Assembly (NCBI RefSeq): GCF_006345805.1
Contig: NC_043000.1
Location: forward strand, 96,906,001-96,970,000
DNA: 64,000 bases
From: Octopus sinensis
Lineage: Eukaryota
Direction: 5' to 3'
The translations under genes were made by a program, and so were the position numbers. This document shows, one piece after another, positions 40,005-53,304 of the stretch. Position 1 is the stretch's first letter. Each line of letters starts with the position of its first letter. The notes under the pieces were generated by a model, which was not told the DNA's origin, ran no database searches, and saw only the letters and a program-made list of their open reading frames with translations.

Positions 40005-40766
40005 ACACACACACACGCACTTAATCTGCATTAAAAATGAGTTACATTTAACATGTTTAATGCATGGAAAACTATAGATCTTACTAAAACAATTATTTAA
40101 CATGGTAAAAACAATGTTAGTCAATAGTTAGTATTGTTTTAATATTTCTAGGAAAGTACAAGAAACATATTTTCGTCTTATTCTGACCACATCAGCGAAA
40201 TATATCAAATTCATAAGAGTAAACAACAAGTTGGTTTTGAACTCGGGACATCATAATTGAGAAAACCAAACCAGCTACTATAGAGGATTTAATACGGTGA
40301 GCTACCATTTACTGCTGCTCTATTTCATTTATACTTTATATTTTAAGATTATGCTGTAGATCAGCGAGGTGGAAGAGAAATAACTGAGTGTCGGAATGAA
40401 TGTTTTACAGTATTTAGATATGTCCGACTTAACAACTCGCTTCGAATCTTTCAATTTACTGCATTCATCGAGCACTCACTCAATCTCGCCCACTCTTCCT
40501 CACTCACTCACACTCTCACTCACTTTATTTCTCTCACTTACACATATTCATACCCATATACTACACATATACACGTTCCATAGGCACAAATACACATTTG
40601 GATATAAACAAGAAAACGGGAAAAATAATTCTAAAAATAAACGAAGGCGCGGTCTAGTTAAGACGTTTGCTTTTGCAAGTACATGCATATAGGTTCCATC
40701 CCACAGAGAGATGTCTCTTCCACCATAGATTTGTATTGAGTGACATTCGGTGGAGACCCGTCGTTT

Positions 40767-40802
<36 letters not shown>

Positions 40803-40807
40803 GCACA

Positions 40808-40900
<93 letters not shown>

Positions 40901-42967
40901 CATACACGTATGTATGTATACATGTTTGATATTCAAATGCAAACTCAAGTATACACGAGGCAGTATTACTCAAAAACATAAGCATTCATATAATCAACCC
41001 ATGAATTTTGATACATGAGTGCTTCCATACAACAAACAGAATATTCTCCTCAGAAGAAGTAATAACAAATGTATAATATGCATTTTAATATCAACCGCTC
41101 ACTGAATGGTTGAAACAGATGTAAAGATATAAGTAATTGTTTATTCATTTCTCCTCTTTGATATACACTTGAACTCTCTTGTTCTTCTTGCCAGCTCATA
41201 CACTTCTGAAGAAATAAACTATAATTATATATATATGATAAGGATATAAAGATATATATTAAGGATATCAAGATAGAGCTCCTATTTTGTTATGCCGGCT
41301 ACCATCTAATGATACTGATCAGTTTTTTCGGGGTTGCATCAGGTTATACCGATTTAATGTAGGATAAATAGAATACGAATAATTCTAGGTTGGAATTCAT
41401 AAATATTTAATGCATCGCTACGCACGTTTCCACGAATCCCATGACTTTAACATCAGAATCCGTATCCTTGGGATGACTACAGTTCAGTTCGTAGTATCCG
41501 CGAGCATCCGGTTGATCATCATTATTGATTCATTTCTTCAGGCGATACTGCATTAGAGGGTGAATCACAGAGGGATGTTTATCCCTTCTTGCCAATCTAT
41601 CTACCTTTCTACACACACACACGCACACGCACACACACACAACACACACACACATGTATAGATAGATAGATAGATAGACAGATAATGTATGTGTGTATGC
41701 ATTTATGTGTATATATATATAGTTGATAAGAAGATGCACAAGCGTCTTCTAATCCACCATATATCAGCTTTGGTATTGCATAAGAATGCATATATATACA
41801 GATGCTAGTGTGCATCTATGCATATATATTCATGCGAGTGGCTGTGTGTGTGTGTGTATGAATATGCAGATATATAGTTTACTCTCTTCGTTTGCTAATA
41901 ACGTATTCCACCCTGCCAGTGCACGTAAATGTGCACCTAAGATGTAAATTTCCGAAGTTTAAGTGGTGTTATATGTTCTGCTCCTGAGTTTATGATTTCT
42001 CCTCGAGCTTAAGCAGCAAGTCGGAAAACTGTGTGTGCGCTTGTGTGTGTGTGTGTTGTGTGTGTGTGTGTGTAGGATAGGGTCCTTTATTTATAAATCA
42101 TTAGTCTGCTCAACACTATGGTAAAAGAACACTAGTCCAAAATGTTACACAGTGAGAACAAAGCCGGAACCATGAGTTTGTCAAGCGTTTTAAGCCCAAA
42201 GGCATGTCAATTCCTATGTGCACACACATTCATACACACTTAGCTATAAAGTATGTTGTTTTTCTTTTGATTCTTTGAAATCTTACTGTAAGAATGAGTT
42301 GGCTTCTCACTAAGAAAAGATTCTCCATCCCTTGGATTTGGAGAAGTTGGATTTTGTTACGGTTGTTCTCAAATCTCTTTGCTTCTAATGCAGTATTTTA
42401 ATACTTTTACGCCTCCTAAGTTTTACAGTCAAAATTTACTGAAGAGTAGACTAAATTAAATATAAGATAGACAGAAAAACACAAGCAGTGATTTTTAGTA
42501 AGTAAATCTGATAAAACAACAATAACATATTATCTTACCAATAAACTCCTTGCAAAAAATATAGAATTGCAGCTGTTTCTAGTGGCTACTACGATGTTCT
42601 CAAGTGAACTGCTTAAATATTCCATTAAAACTTCTAGTTTTAAGAAGAGATCAGTGCTAAATATCTTCAGCTGTCTTATAATTACCTTGGGGCATTTTGT
42701 TTGACAAAAGTTTTACTCACCATTATTTATTGTTTCCTTCAAAGAAAAGAAAAATTTTCAAAATATCTTGTATCTTTTTTAAAAATTATTCAGCCTCAGC
42801 ATCATCTGAAATTAAATATTCATGAAACAATAAACAATTCTTTCTTTTTGACTTCCAAACTACATATACTTATTCATCAGCAATAATCGTCTTTAATCTT
42901 TAGGCAAATAATATTATATTTATTGAATTCTTATGTTATTACCATCATTATAATTGTAATTAAAAAA

Positions 42968-44257
42968 GGCGGAGAGGTGGCAAAATGGTTAGTATGCCGG
43001 ACAAAATACTTAGCGGCATTTCTTCCGGCTTTACGTTCCGAGTTCAAATACCACTGAGGTCGACTTCTCGTTTCACCCTTTCGGTATCGATAATGTAAGT
43101 AGTTGAACATTTGGGTCGGTGTAATTGACTTGCCTCCTTCTCTAAAAAGAAAAAAAAAATGCTGTCCTTGTACCAAACTTTGGAACAATTATTGTTATTA
43201 ATGAGAGAAATAAATTGGCAGAATCATCAGAACGCCAGAGAAAAATACACTCTCTGGTATTTTTTCGGATTCTTTACGCTGTGAATTCAAACGTACAGTT
43301 TTGCTTTCATCCCTCCAGAGTCTCGAAAAGTAAGGTACCAGTACTAATCCACGCTGTCTAATTGTGCCTAAGTTAGAAACATTATTTGGAACATATTAAT
43401 AACTCAATATTATTAATAAGGGTGAGGCAACGAGCTGGCAGAAACGTTAGCACGCCGGAAGAATACTTAGTGGCATTTTGTCCGGCTTTACGTTCTTGGA
43501 TCAAATGCCGACGTTGACGACTTTACTTCTCATTATTTCGAAGTCAATAAAATAAGTAGCAGTTGAACACTGAGACTTATGTAATTGGTGAAGGCGCAAT
43601 GGCCCTGTGGTTAGGGCAGCGGACTCGCAGTCGTAGGATCGCGGTTTCGATTCCCAGACCGGGAGTTGTGAGTGTTTATTGATCGAAAACACCTGAAGCT
43701 CCACGAGGCTCCGGCAGAGGATGGTGGCGAAACCTGCTGTACTCTTTCACCACAACTTTCTCTCACTCTTTCTTCTTATTTCTGTTGTAGCTGTATTTTA
43801 AAGGGCCAGCCTTATCACACTCTGTGTCACGCTGAATCTCCCTGAGAACTACATTAAGGGTACACGTGTTTGTGGAGTGCTCAGCCACTTGCACGTTAAT
43901 TTCATGAGCAGGCTGTTTTGTTGATCGGGTCAACTTGAACCCTAGTTGTCGTAACCGACGGAGTGCCATTATGTAATTGACTTATGCCCCTTCCCACCGC
44001 CGGTCTTGTGCCAAAATTTGAAAGCAATATCATTAACTGGGGCAAGGCGTCAAGCTGGCGGTATCGTTAGCGCGCCAAGCAAAATGCTTAACGGCATTTC
44101 GTCTGTTTTTATGTTCTGAGTTCAAATTCCGCCGAGGTCGACTTCACTTTTCATCCCTTTTGGGGTCTTTGAAATTAGTACCAGTTCGTACTGGGGTCGA
44201 TGTAATCGACTTCCCCGCCCCTCCAAATTTTCAGGCCTTGTGCCTATAACAGCAAGG
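42968..44257 (+). mobile_element. Cluster of four co-oriented S2 SINE monomers (~42968, ~43200, ~43425, ~44042)
   Basis: Repeated heads (GGCGG/GGCAA..GAGCTGGCAGAA..GTTAG), B boxes and CTTT(T)CATCC cores. Confidence 0.85.
43588..43968 (+). mobile_element. Full-length S3 SINE nested in an S2 SINE, 11-bp TSD
   Basis: TTATGTAATTG at 43577-43587 and 43969-43979; A box TGGCCCTGTGG, B box GGTTTCGATTCCC. Confidence 0.92.
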
Positions 44258-44489
44258 GTTGCATGTTTGTTTTTCTTGTTATTGTTCGTTGTTTATACTA
44301 CACAAAAAGATTCATATATTAACTAATAGATTGTGGAATTAATTCCAAAGAAACCGAAATCAAAAGAGAATCACAATTAAATGATTATCGTTTGATTTAT
44401 AGTTCTGTTCTTTCATACTGGCATGATTGTGACAACATTTATATTTAACCCAATGAATCATCATGGCGGTGAAAATACGAGGACCAGTG

Positions 44490-44710
44490 ATTAATGTTTT
44501 TAGTTCATAATCATAAGAACGTGGGTTCAGTTCCTGAAGCGAAGTGCGTGATGTGTCTTTTAGTAAGGCACTACATTCCTCATTGCCCCAATCTTCTTGG
44601 CTTTACAAGTGCTAGCCGGTCGCAGGGGCATATATCTTCCCTTGCAGCTGTTGCATCCTGGATCAAGGGTGAGGGGCCCAAAATAATATCTATGTTTGCT
44701 CGTGACCTTA
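44490..44710 (+). mobile_element. Old tRNA-derived SINE-like element (distinct family)
   Basis: B-box-like GTGGGTTCAGTTCC followed by GTGTCTTTTAGTAAGGCACTACATTCCTCATTGCCCC, resembling a conserved SINE central domain. Confidence 0.45.
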
Positions 44711-45214
44711 TAGACAGCAAAAACAATTAAGGAAAGGATGAAACATGTTGCCAAACACTTGCAAGTGACAGCTGGCTGTTCTCATGGTTATTTCATATTT
44801 TATCTTCTGTAAATTTTTCATCTGACTTGGTAATTATGATAATTTAGAAATCCCGCCCAGTTATATCTTTTTCAATGTGGTGATGAAAATGACAGAGTGT
44901 TTAAAAGGTTTATCGCTTAGTGTCTCAGAGATTCATAACTTATCACTAGTGCTATTATTTCCAGTATCCATAGTGAAGACATTTGTCATTGTTCAGCTAG
45001 CCTAATTGCAAATGTCCACGCGTGCATTCAAGTCATTGCACTAAGGAAATAAAACTATGCATATATAAGTGATGTTTGGAAGCTTGTTTATGTATCTGCT
45101 CTGTTAAAGAATCACTTGCATTGTGACTCCATTTTACTAATTCAATTGCCACCGCTCTAAAATCAACTGGATAAGAATGAAATCCTTAGATGCTCATTTT
45201 TAAAAACCTCTTTT

Positions 45215-45595
45215 ATCTTTCATATGTTTCGGTCATTGTACTGCGGCATGCTGGGGCACCACTCTGGAGTGTTTAGTCGAACAAATCAACCCCAGTACTT
45301 ATTTTTAGAACATGGTACTTATTCTATCAGTCACTCTTGCCGAAAAGCTATGTTATTGGAACGTAAACAAACCAACACCGATTGTCAAGCAGTGTAGGTG
45401 GGGTAGCAAACAAAAACAATGACACGCACATTTATTTAAATGAGCTTTCACACGTTTTCCGTCTACCAAATTCACTCACATAGTACTTGTCGTCCCAGGG
45501 ATATAAGTAAAAGACACTTGCTCAATGTGACGCGCAATGGAACTGAACCCGAAACCACGTGGTTGCAAACCGAGTTTCTTAACAATACTGCCACG
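45215..45595 (-). mobile_element. SINE family S1
   Basis: Tail and head both match 14610-14990 in reverse complement. Confidence 0.8.
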
Positions 45596-47284
45596 TGCTA
45601 AACATATTAATTTTTTTTTGAAAGCTGCAAAAATAATTGGAAAGTAGGTCAAAATATTTAGTTTCACTGTCTTATTTTATTTATGTATTTAGCAAGATGT
45701 ATTTTACTATGATATTTACTTTTGGTGTACGCAGGCACTAACATGACTGAATGATTAAAATGCGTGGGTGCTAGTTCGGTAAATATCTTCTGCTCTTGCT
45801 TCAGGCTGACTAGTACCTTGTGAAGGAATTTTGAATATTTCAAAACAAGGCTATTCGATTGATTAAAAAAGTCTTTATCCCTTACTCGCAGTAAATATTA
45901 ACTAACCGATGTAATTTCCTCCCGTTGCCCTTCTTTTTTCTATACTTTCTCCTACGGCATCAATTGTTCTGTACAAGCAAGCTCTATTGCTTCCCAAACT
46001 TATGTCCATACAACTTCCCTCTTCTAGTTACCCTCGATTTCTCAACTCCTGTTAGATCCAGCGCTAAATATTTTACCCAGTACTCATCCATTCTTTATCT
46101 TGAATTGTAACCCTTTGAACTTTCTTCTCGCCAATGCTTTTCTTCCATACATTGAGTTACATATGTTTGCCCTAAACATCAACCATATCAACATATCAAG
46201 CTTACCAGTCTGGGGAGCGAGTATAAATACGGCCTTTCGTCAGAACATATGACATACAGACGAAAAAACCTCACTCTCAACACCGTCCAGCACTATCTTT
46301 TAGTTTTGGTCTTTGTTTCGAAGATTTTCCCCTATTCACCATGCTCTGATCTAGAAAATTTGCATATGTATAGTTGTTGCTCTTGCTTTACCTGAGGTTA
46401 GCCCTGGTCCACTAGAAATAAATAACAGAAACTTAGGAACTTGAGTTCCCAGGTTTGTGTTTCAGCCCACTAGGTCACTCCGACCGACGAATGAACCAGT
46501 TTTCTTCTATTCTTGTAATGGAATCCATAACTAGGTCCATTGGTCATTCTTTTTCGCTCATATATAATCAATAATTTTCCTTCCAGTGACATCTCATTTT
46601 ATTTGAAGTCGACTCTTGTATTAAGAGGCTAGAGTGGAATTTGAAGAAAATCTTACAGCTACTGCTAGCATGCCAAGTGACTACGTAGAGGAGTCCTTGT
46701 GAATTTATTTCTTGAGACCTTTTGGTTGTTGTCGTTGGCGGTGTTTTTGCTATTTGACTGAAGTCAGCCCGGAGTGAGAAATGGTATGAGCAAGCACATT
46801 TCGGGACGTTTCCGTCGTTTTTTAGGTCCGTCCTCTTTCAAAACAAGGATATTTGAGTACTATTTCTAGCAGGTTGGTCTACGAAGTAGAGACACTATGG
46901 TGCCTCGTGTTCGTCATTTAACTGTTGCGATGTGTGCGCGTGTGCGTAATCTTGTTTCTGTGTGAGTCAGTAATTGTTTGTATGTGAATATCTATGCAAG
47001 TAAACACGGATGGTGTTTATTTATCTCAACTTAGCCGTTGAATATTTAAATGGTAAATGTTGAATTTTCATTCTAGCGTGTATAAATCTGTCTACAATTA
47101 CATTTCTTTTTTTCGACTCCATTCATCTGGGAGTTACTTGGATGACTATGCTTCATTGGCAGCTACAAATAAGGCTATTCTTCCTCTCAACATATTGCTT
47201 ATATTCAATCCTTAATCTGTTGGGACGCTGGTACGTCAAACAATATCAAAAGAATTCTGTTTATCATTAATACTTTTTTCTAAA

Positions 47285-47480
47285 AGCCGCGAGCAAGCAG
47301 AATCGTGAGCATGCTGGACAAAATGCTTAACGGCAGGTCGACTTTGTCTTTCATCATTTTGGGATGATAAAATAAGTACCAGTCAAGTACTGGAGTCGAT
47401 ATAATCAGTTTCTCGCTCCCCTTAAAAACTGCTGACCCTGGGATATTATCAAGGAGAGAGTTCCACATGAACGATACCAG
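47285..47480 (+). mobile_element. SINE family S2 monomer with internal deletion
   Basis: Head GCCGCGAGCAAGCAGAATCGTGAGC, core GTCGACTTTGTCTTTCATC. Confidence 0.75.
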
Positions 47481-47489
47481 AATATTCAT

Positions 47490-47722
47490 CAGTTGAAGGA
47501 CGCCGTTCGGAGAGCCTTTGCAACAATCACCAAAGCACAGCTTCCAGAAACATCACACATGGTGACACATAATTTTGTGCCACGAAAATGATGGTTTTCA
47601 TACAGACCTTCTCGATGTGTGACAGCGTCAATGAAAATGAATAAAGTAAATCCAACTTGTTCTTCTATTGTTCTCATTACTTTTTGGTAGGTGGGGTAAC
47701 AAGACTTTCGGTCCACCCTGCA
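47490..47722 (+). mobile_element. Tc1/mariner 3' end with TIR
   Basis: LKDAVRRAFATITKAQL... transposase C-terminal-like helix; the terminus reads CAGGGTGGACCGAAAGTCTT in reverse complement (47720 downward). Confidence 0.6.
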
Positions 47723-48787
47723 CATACTAAATCGATTCGAGAAATAAAAGCAGTTTCATATACCAAAACATCTATATCTACAGATAAGTTGTTTTTCTCT
47801 TTTGTTATCTCCATCTTTTAGTCAGGAGAGAAGGTAATGTTCATGAAGTTTTACGGTGCCTCCGAAGCTTTTGGGAAGGAAGGGAAAATGTAACCGCAGA
47901 CAGGAGATGGAGTCGAATGTTTGTAACACAGATTCCGCTGATGGTACGCTAAGTACCAGGTGGTAGTGTAAGCCGGGCGATTGATGGAGTTTACTATCGA
48001 AGTAGGCAATAGTAGGATTTTAACTTAGAATGCTAAGGGCCGGTAAAAATACTGCAAGGTACCCGATACGATGGTGATGGATTGGTGATTTTTATAATTA
48101 TTATTGACTCCAAAAGGATAAAAAGCAAAGCTGATATTGGTCTAACTCAGATTTGAACTCAGATGGCAGACAAATGAAACAAAAGTGAACGGCTGTTCGC
48201 TTTTGCTATCTATATTAGGTGCCTATGTATTCGCGAGCAGACTGGTTATAACTAGCTATTTCTATTTAGGTATTCTGTACAAAAGGTAACATTCGATCAA
48301 TAACTAATAAATATTAATTTAATCATGACTACATCAATGGCGATACCAGACGGGTTTCGATCCTATTTGTCCTCCTTAGTGAAATATAGATTTTTCGCTA
48401 CTTGCCGAAATAGTGAGGAGAGAATCTCTTGGTAGATATATACTGCAAGTAAGCATTAATAATTGCACACGAGTATGTTATAAATAATTAGCAAGTTTTA
48501 TAAAATATAGTGAAATCAATCAATCAATGTTGTTAATTATTCAGAGACGCCACCAGCATGGAAACAATATTTACGCTCATGTGAGAATATTTACTGTTCA
48601 GTGCATTCAATATCCATTGACGAAGATTTATGCAGGATGGCAATACATACATACATGCGTGCATATATACAGAAGTCTCAGTAATTTGTTTTCATACGTA
48701 ATTGCTGTGCAAATAGAATTCACGAGATGTTTCAAATGTTATGTATATCTCATACAGAATGAAACATACACATATGTCTGTGTGTGT

Positions 48788-48844
<57 letters not shown>

Positions 48845-48845
<1 letters not shown>

Positions 48846-49185
48846 TTTAATTCCTTTAGGCATTAGACTGAGACCATGCTGGAGCACGCTATGAAGAAAT
48901 GAATCGAACCCAGTACTTAAATTTTTAAAATCCTGGTACTTATTTTATCGTTTTTTTTGCTGAAGTGCTAAGTTACGGGACCACTGGTTGTCAAGTGGTG
49001 GTGGTAGTGGGGAAACAAACAGAGACACAAAAACAACCATGCAAATATCTAACTCATATACATATAAATATGACGGGCTTCTATCAGTTTCCGTCTACCA
49101 AATGCACACAAATACTTTGGTTGGCCCAAGGCGCCACGCAGAGGGACTCAACTCGGAATCATGCATTTGGGAAGCAAGCTTCTTG
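48845..49185 (-). mobile_element. SINE family S1
   Basis: Tail and body match the S1 copies in reverse complement. Confidence 0.8.
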
Positions 49186-49441
49186 CCATTTGCTTCCCAA
49201 ACACGTGATTCCGGGTTCAGCTTCACAGTTTCCTACACTGTCAGAATATATAAATGATATAAATATGCTTTTACGTGGTTTAACTCTTATTTCTAGCAAT
49301 ATATGTGCATGTTACGCATACACTCAGAATTGGTAGCAACTAAATTTTCCATATACGGTTTATATTGCGCCCAGCTGCCTACATTAAATTTATACTATAC
49401 GATTTGGCACTTCGCTAAATCAGCCGTAAATACGTATGGCA

Positions 49442-49477
<36 letters not shown>

Positions 49478-49789
49478 ATGAATGGTGGGGTTGTGTTGAC
49501 TGCACCTGGAGAAATGATAGGCGAGGAAAAATTATAAAAAGGCAGAATTGAAGGTAAATTTTAATAAAAATAGGTGTATGGAAAATTAAAAAAATATAAT
49601 AAAAAAAATATTAACTCTAACGGTTTTCATGGCAAAGCAAATTTTCAAGAATTGAAAGGTGAAAAGAATTTTTTTTTTAAATTGTGGAAGGGGAAAAAAG
49701 AAATTTACAATGTTTTTTTCAAAAAAAATAATAATAAACGCATACAAAAATTAAAAAATAAGTATACCGATACATTGTAGAGTCTTTAT

Positions 49790-50923
49790 GTTTTTTGAGT
49801 TCAATGATAGTCCTTGGAAAAATTTCCTTGGAGGATTAATATCCATGTGATTAAACGTGGTGCTTATTTTAGGGTGTTTGTTAAATGAATGTCAAAACAG
49901 GAAATGGGGTAGGAGTTATCCAGTTCCTGTGAGTAAGGGGAGACAACTCTGTGGGTTTTATGCTCTTCAATTGAGATTATCAATTTTTTGTCAGATAGGA
50001 CGTTAGAAAAAAGGAGTATGGTCATCGTGGAGTTTGCATATTACGATGCGTTTGGAATTTTTCAATAAAAAGATTCTCCTTGTTGATTCTTTCTTGTGTA
50101 GTGATACCGTCTTTACATTGGTAGAAGGGGAATATGTGAAATTTAGGATTTTTGTCTCTAGCGCACGAGTCTATGTGGCTACTTAGTGGAATTTGACGGT
50201 ATTCTGGGAGATTTATCTGTTCTTTAAGTACCACTACTCTTTTACGTAAAGGAAGGTTCGTTTGTCCAACACAATTGTGTTGGCAATCGGCGCATGTGAG
50301 AACGTAGATGAGGTTCTCGGAGGAACAGGAAAAGTTGGTCTTGATTTTAAACTTTGTTCCTTGTTTGATAGTAAATTTAGAGCCTTCAAGTAGGAAGGGG
50401 CATGCAACACAGTTCGGGCGTGTAAATTTTTTAACTGATGGGGGTGGATGTGGTGTGTGAAGTTTGGCATTTGTCGAGAGTTTTTTCAAAGATTTATGTT
50501 GCCTTTTACATTTGAGGATTTTATGTGTATTGATAATATTGTTCATTTTGGGGTCTGTGGACAGTAAGGGGAGGTTTTGTATGATTGTGGTGAATGCTTC
50601 GATATTTTGGGGGTTGGGGGTGGAAATGTATGGAAGTATTTTGGGGTTGTGTGTGTTGTTGGGTTGGGTGGTTTTCAGTGTCTAGTTCTTTGGCACGTTT
50701 TATTACATACTCTATGAGAGTGGAGGGATATTGGCATTGTAATAGTGTTCTTTTGAGGTCTCGAAGGCGTATTTCTCGAGATTTTGGATCCGAGACAATG
50801 GTGCATACCTTTTTAGCTAAGTTGAAAGGGATATTTATCATGGTGTGTTTTGGGTGGCATGAGCTAAAGAGGAGGTATTGTTGTGAGTCTGTAGGTTTGT
50901 GGTAGATGTCTGTTATGATTTGG

Positions 50924-50925
<2 letters not shown>
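49790..50925 (-). mobile_element. Penelope-like element, 5'-truncated: RT thumb plus GIY-YIG endonuclease (frameshifted)
   Basis: TDIYHKPTDSQQYLLFSSCHPKHTMINIPFNLAKKVCTIVSD...; C..CP...FSCSSENLIYVLTCADCQHNCVGQTNLPLRKR...HIDSC...KENLFIEKF (ORFs 50521-50841 and 50022-50546). Confidence 0.92.
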
Positions 50926-50962
<37 letters not shown>

Positions 50963-51076
50963 CAGTCGAAATTGCGAGGATGATCCGGTTCTTGACTGAA
51001 CACTGAAGGCTTCGAATGTCCCGTCCGTGTTTTTTGTATCGTCTTCTAAATGTTTTGCGTTCTTGTCCCATTTTGT

Positions 51077-51125
<49 letters not shown>

Positions 51126-51216
51126 ATATATATATAGATATATATATATATACATCTATACACACACACATATATATATACATACACACACACACACACA
51201 TGTATATATATATATA

Positions 51217-52585
51217 CACTGACAGGCAGAATGAGCTGTTCCATAGAAGCAATGGAGGTACAATGTTGTCAATTCTCCAACATGTGGCACTTGGTGAAGA
51301 ATGGTGTTTGATGTCGCTACCCTCATCTGCACCTCTTGCTGTGAGGTAGGTTTATCTGGGACTCTCGAAAGGAAGAGGCCAAGTTTTGATTTGAAAGCAC
51401 CTATATACACTTTGTGTAGGTCCCTTAGGCTCTTTGGGAGAATATTGAAAACCTATGGGCTCCTGAAACCCAAGATGTTGCAGTAACTGGTCCTGAAGCG
51501 CGATGCCATTTCTGGGATCTTCGGCACTGTGCAGTGTTGACCCGTTCTGGCATTGGTGTAGCTTTCAATACGAAAATTTGGCACAATTCCTTCCAGGATC
51601 TTCCAGATGTATATTACTGCGTACTTCTCCTGCCTTCGCTCCAGGGAGTAGTGTCTTAGCTATTTCAGCTTTTCCCATTAGCTGAGCTGTTGCTATGAGA
51701 CGATATTCTTTGTGAAGTTTCGCTGGATTGTTTCAAGTTCTGCTGTTAATTTTACACTGTTTGGTGACCATAACTGGGAGCAGCACCCAGGCAGCTGAGG
51801 ATGAATGTCCTCCAGAGGACCATCATGATTTTCTTTTCTCTAGTTCTGAACGTTTTCAGGATCCAGCCAGCCAGTCGTCTGCACTTTGTTGCCATCCTGA
51901 TAATGTGCACTTGGAAAGAGGTATCATCACTCATGTCGATACCCAGGTCCCACACTGATTTAGGCTATGGGATTGTAATCCCCTGTGGACCAGTGTATCC
52001 TATAATTTTTATATTCAGTTTTGGACGCTGGTAGCGCAGGGCTTGGAATTTATTATTATCCTCACCCATCTATAAATTGAGTCCAAATCCTGTTGCAGGT
52101 GTGCAACATCTCTGTGGTTCTGTATTTTCTGCGAGACTTTCGTATCGTCTGCGTAGTTAGCAAGAGTGGCTATCAGGGCAGTTGAGGGCATATCTGAGTG
52201 TGCCACTATGAAAAGCAGTGGTCCCAAGATAGTGCCCTATGGAACACCGCTCACTATTTGTGTTTTCTTTGAAGTGGCTCTATTGGTCACTACTACCTCA
52301 TTTCTATCTTTCAGAAAGTCATGTAACCACTCTCCAAGTTTTCCAGCTACGCCGAGATCACGCATACCATACCATGATTCACTTTGTCAAAAGCTTTTGA
52401 AAAATCGAGGTATAATACGTCCTCATTTCAGTTGTTGAATAGTTGCCTCAACACCCAGTCATAATGTTGTAAGAGCTGGGTCAGGCAGCTCCTACCTGGT
52501 CGAAAGCCATGCTGGGTATCACCCAGCAAGTTAGTTTCTTCAAGGAATGCGATTAGTGTCTCTCTGACTATCCGTTTTAGCAGAT
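51217..52585 (-). mobile_element. CR1-like LINE RT and 3' end (pseudogenised)
   Basis: RIVRETLIAFLEETNLLGDTQHGFRPGRSCLTQLL...YLDFSKAFDKV...SGVP.GTILGPLLF...YADDTKV...LQQDLD. Confidence 0.92.
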
Positions 52586-52596
52586 CTGAAGAAATA

Positions 52597-52745
52597 TAAG
52601 GTTTATAAGGTTTATAAATATTCTTATTTAGATCTAAGATTACATCTAGGAAATTCACAACCGTTAGGTTGGTATCCGTAGTTATGCTAAGACCGAAAGT
52701 TTTCATCAATTGGATAATGTCCAATTGATAATGTCCTTCTTGTGC
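52597..52745 (-). mobile_element. Penelope-like RT fragment abutting the CR1 5' end
   Basis: MKTFGLSITTDTNLTVVNFLDVILDLNKNIYKPYKP, matching the PLE pattern GLxITxxxNxxxVNFLDVxxxLxxxxYKPY. Confidence 0.8.
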
Positions 52746-52786
52746 TGGTCTATTTGTATTTGCGGTTAAAGCTAGGGCATCATCTA

Positions 52787-52921
52787 CCAAATCCACTCGC
52801 AAAGCTTTAGTCGGTCTGGTGCTATACTTGAAGACACACGCCCATAGTGCCACGCAGTGGGACTGCATTCAGAATCATGTGGTTGAGAAGCAAGCTTCTC
52901 ACAACAAAGCCACTCCTGCGC
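52787..52921 (-). mobile_element. SINE family S1, 5' part
   Basis: Head GCGCAGGAGTGGCTTTGTTGTGAGAAGCTTGCTTCTCAACCACATG in reverse complement. Confidence 0.85.
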
Positions 52922-52928
52922 ATATATA

Positions 52929-52964
<36 letters not shown>

Positions 52965-53157
52965 TGTATGTATGCATGTATGTATGCATGTATGTATGCA
53001 TGTATGTATGTATGTATGTATGTATGTATGTATGTATGTATGTATGTATATATATATATATAGTTGGAATTTACAACAAAAAAAAAACAAAAGATGAAGA
53101 CAGATGTGTAAATAACAAACAGGTGTACTAGTTTAAAGCTCTGGAAGGTGAGAAAGT

Positions 53158-53193
53158 CTTTTACGTTTCAAGCCTACGCTCTTCAACAGAAAG
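53158..53193 (-). ncRNA. Hammerhead-like motif (core variant CUGUUGA) in a probable PLE-related repeat
   Basis: CUUU-CUGUUGA-A-GAGC-guag-GCUU-GAAA-CGUA-AAAG: 4-bp stem I, 4-bp stem II, ACGU palindrome, GUA triplet; A6 is replaced by U. Confidence 0.45.
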
Positions 53194-53255
53194 GAACACG
53201 ATTAAATAATTAGGGAGAGAATAAAAAAAGCTTTAGTGGCTAGCGATCAATCATA

Positions 53256-53304
<49 letters not shown>

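Noticed and set aside
49960-49994. Degenerate hammerhead downstream of the Penelope ORF (CUGACAA, 6-bp stem, GAAG)
   Set aside because: The position is plausible, but both core strands are mutated and stems I and III cannot be drawn.
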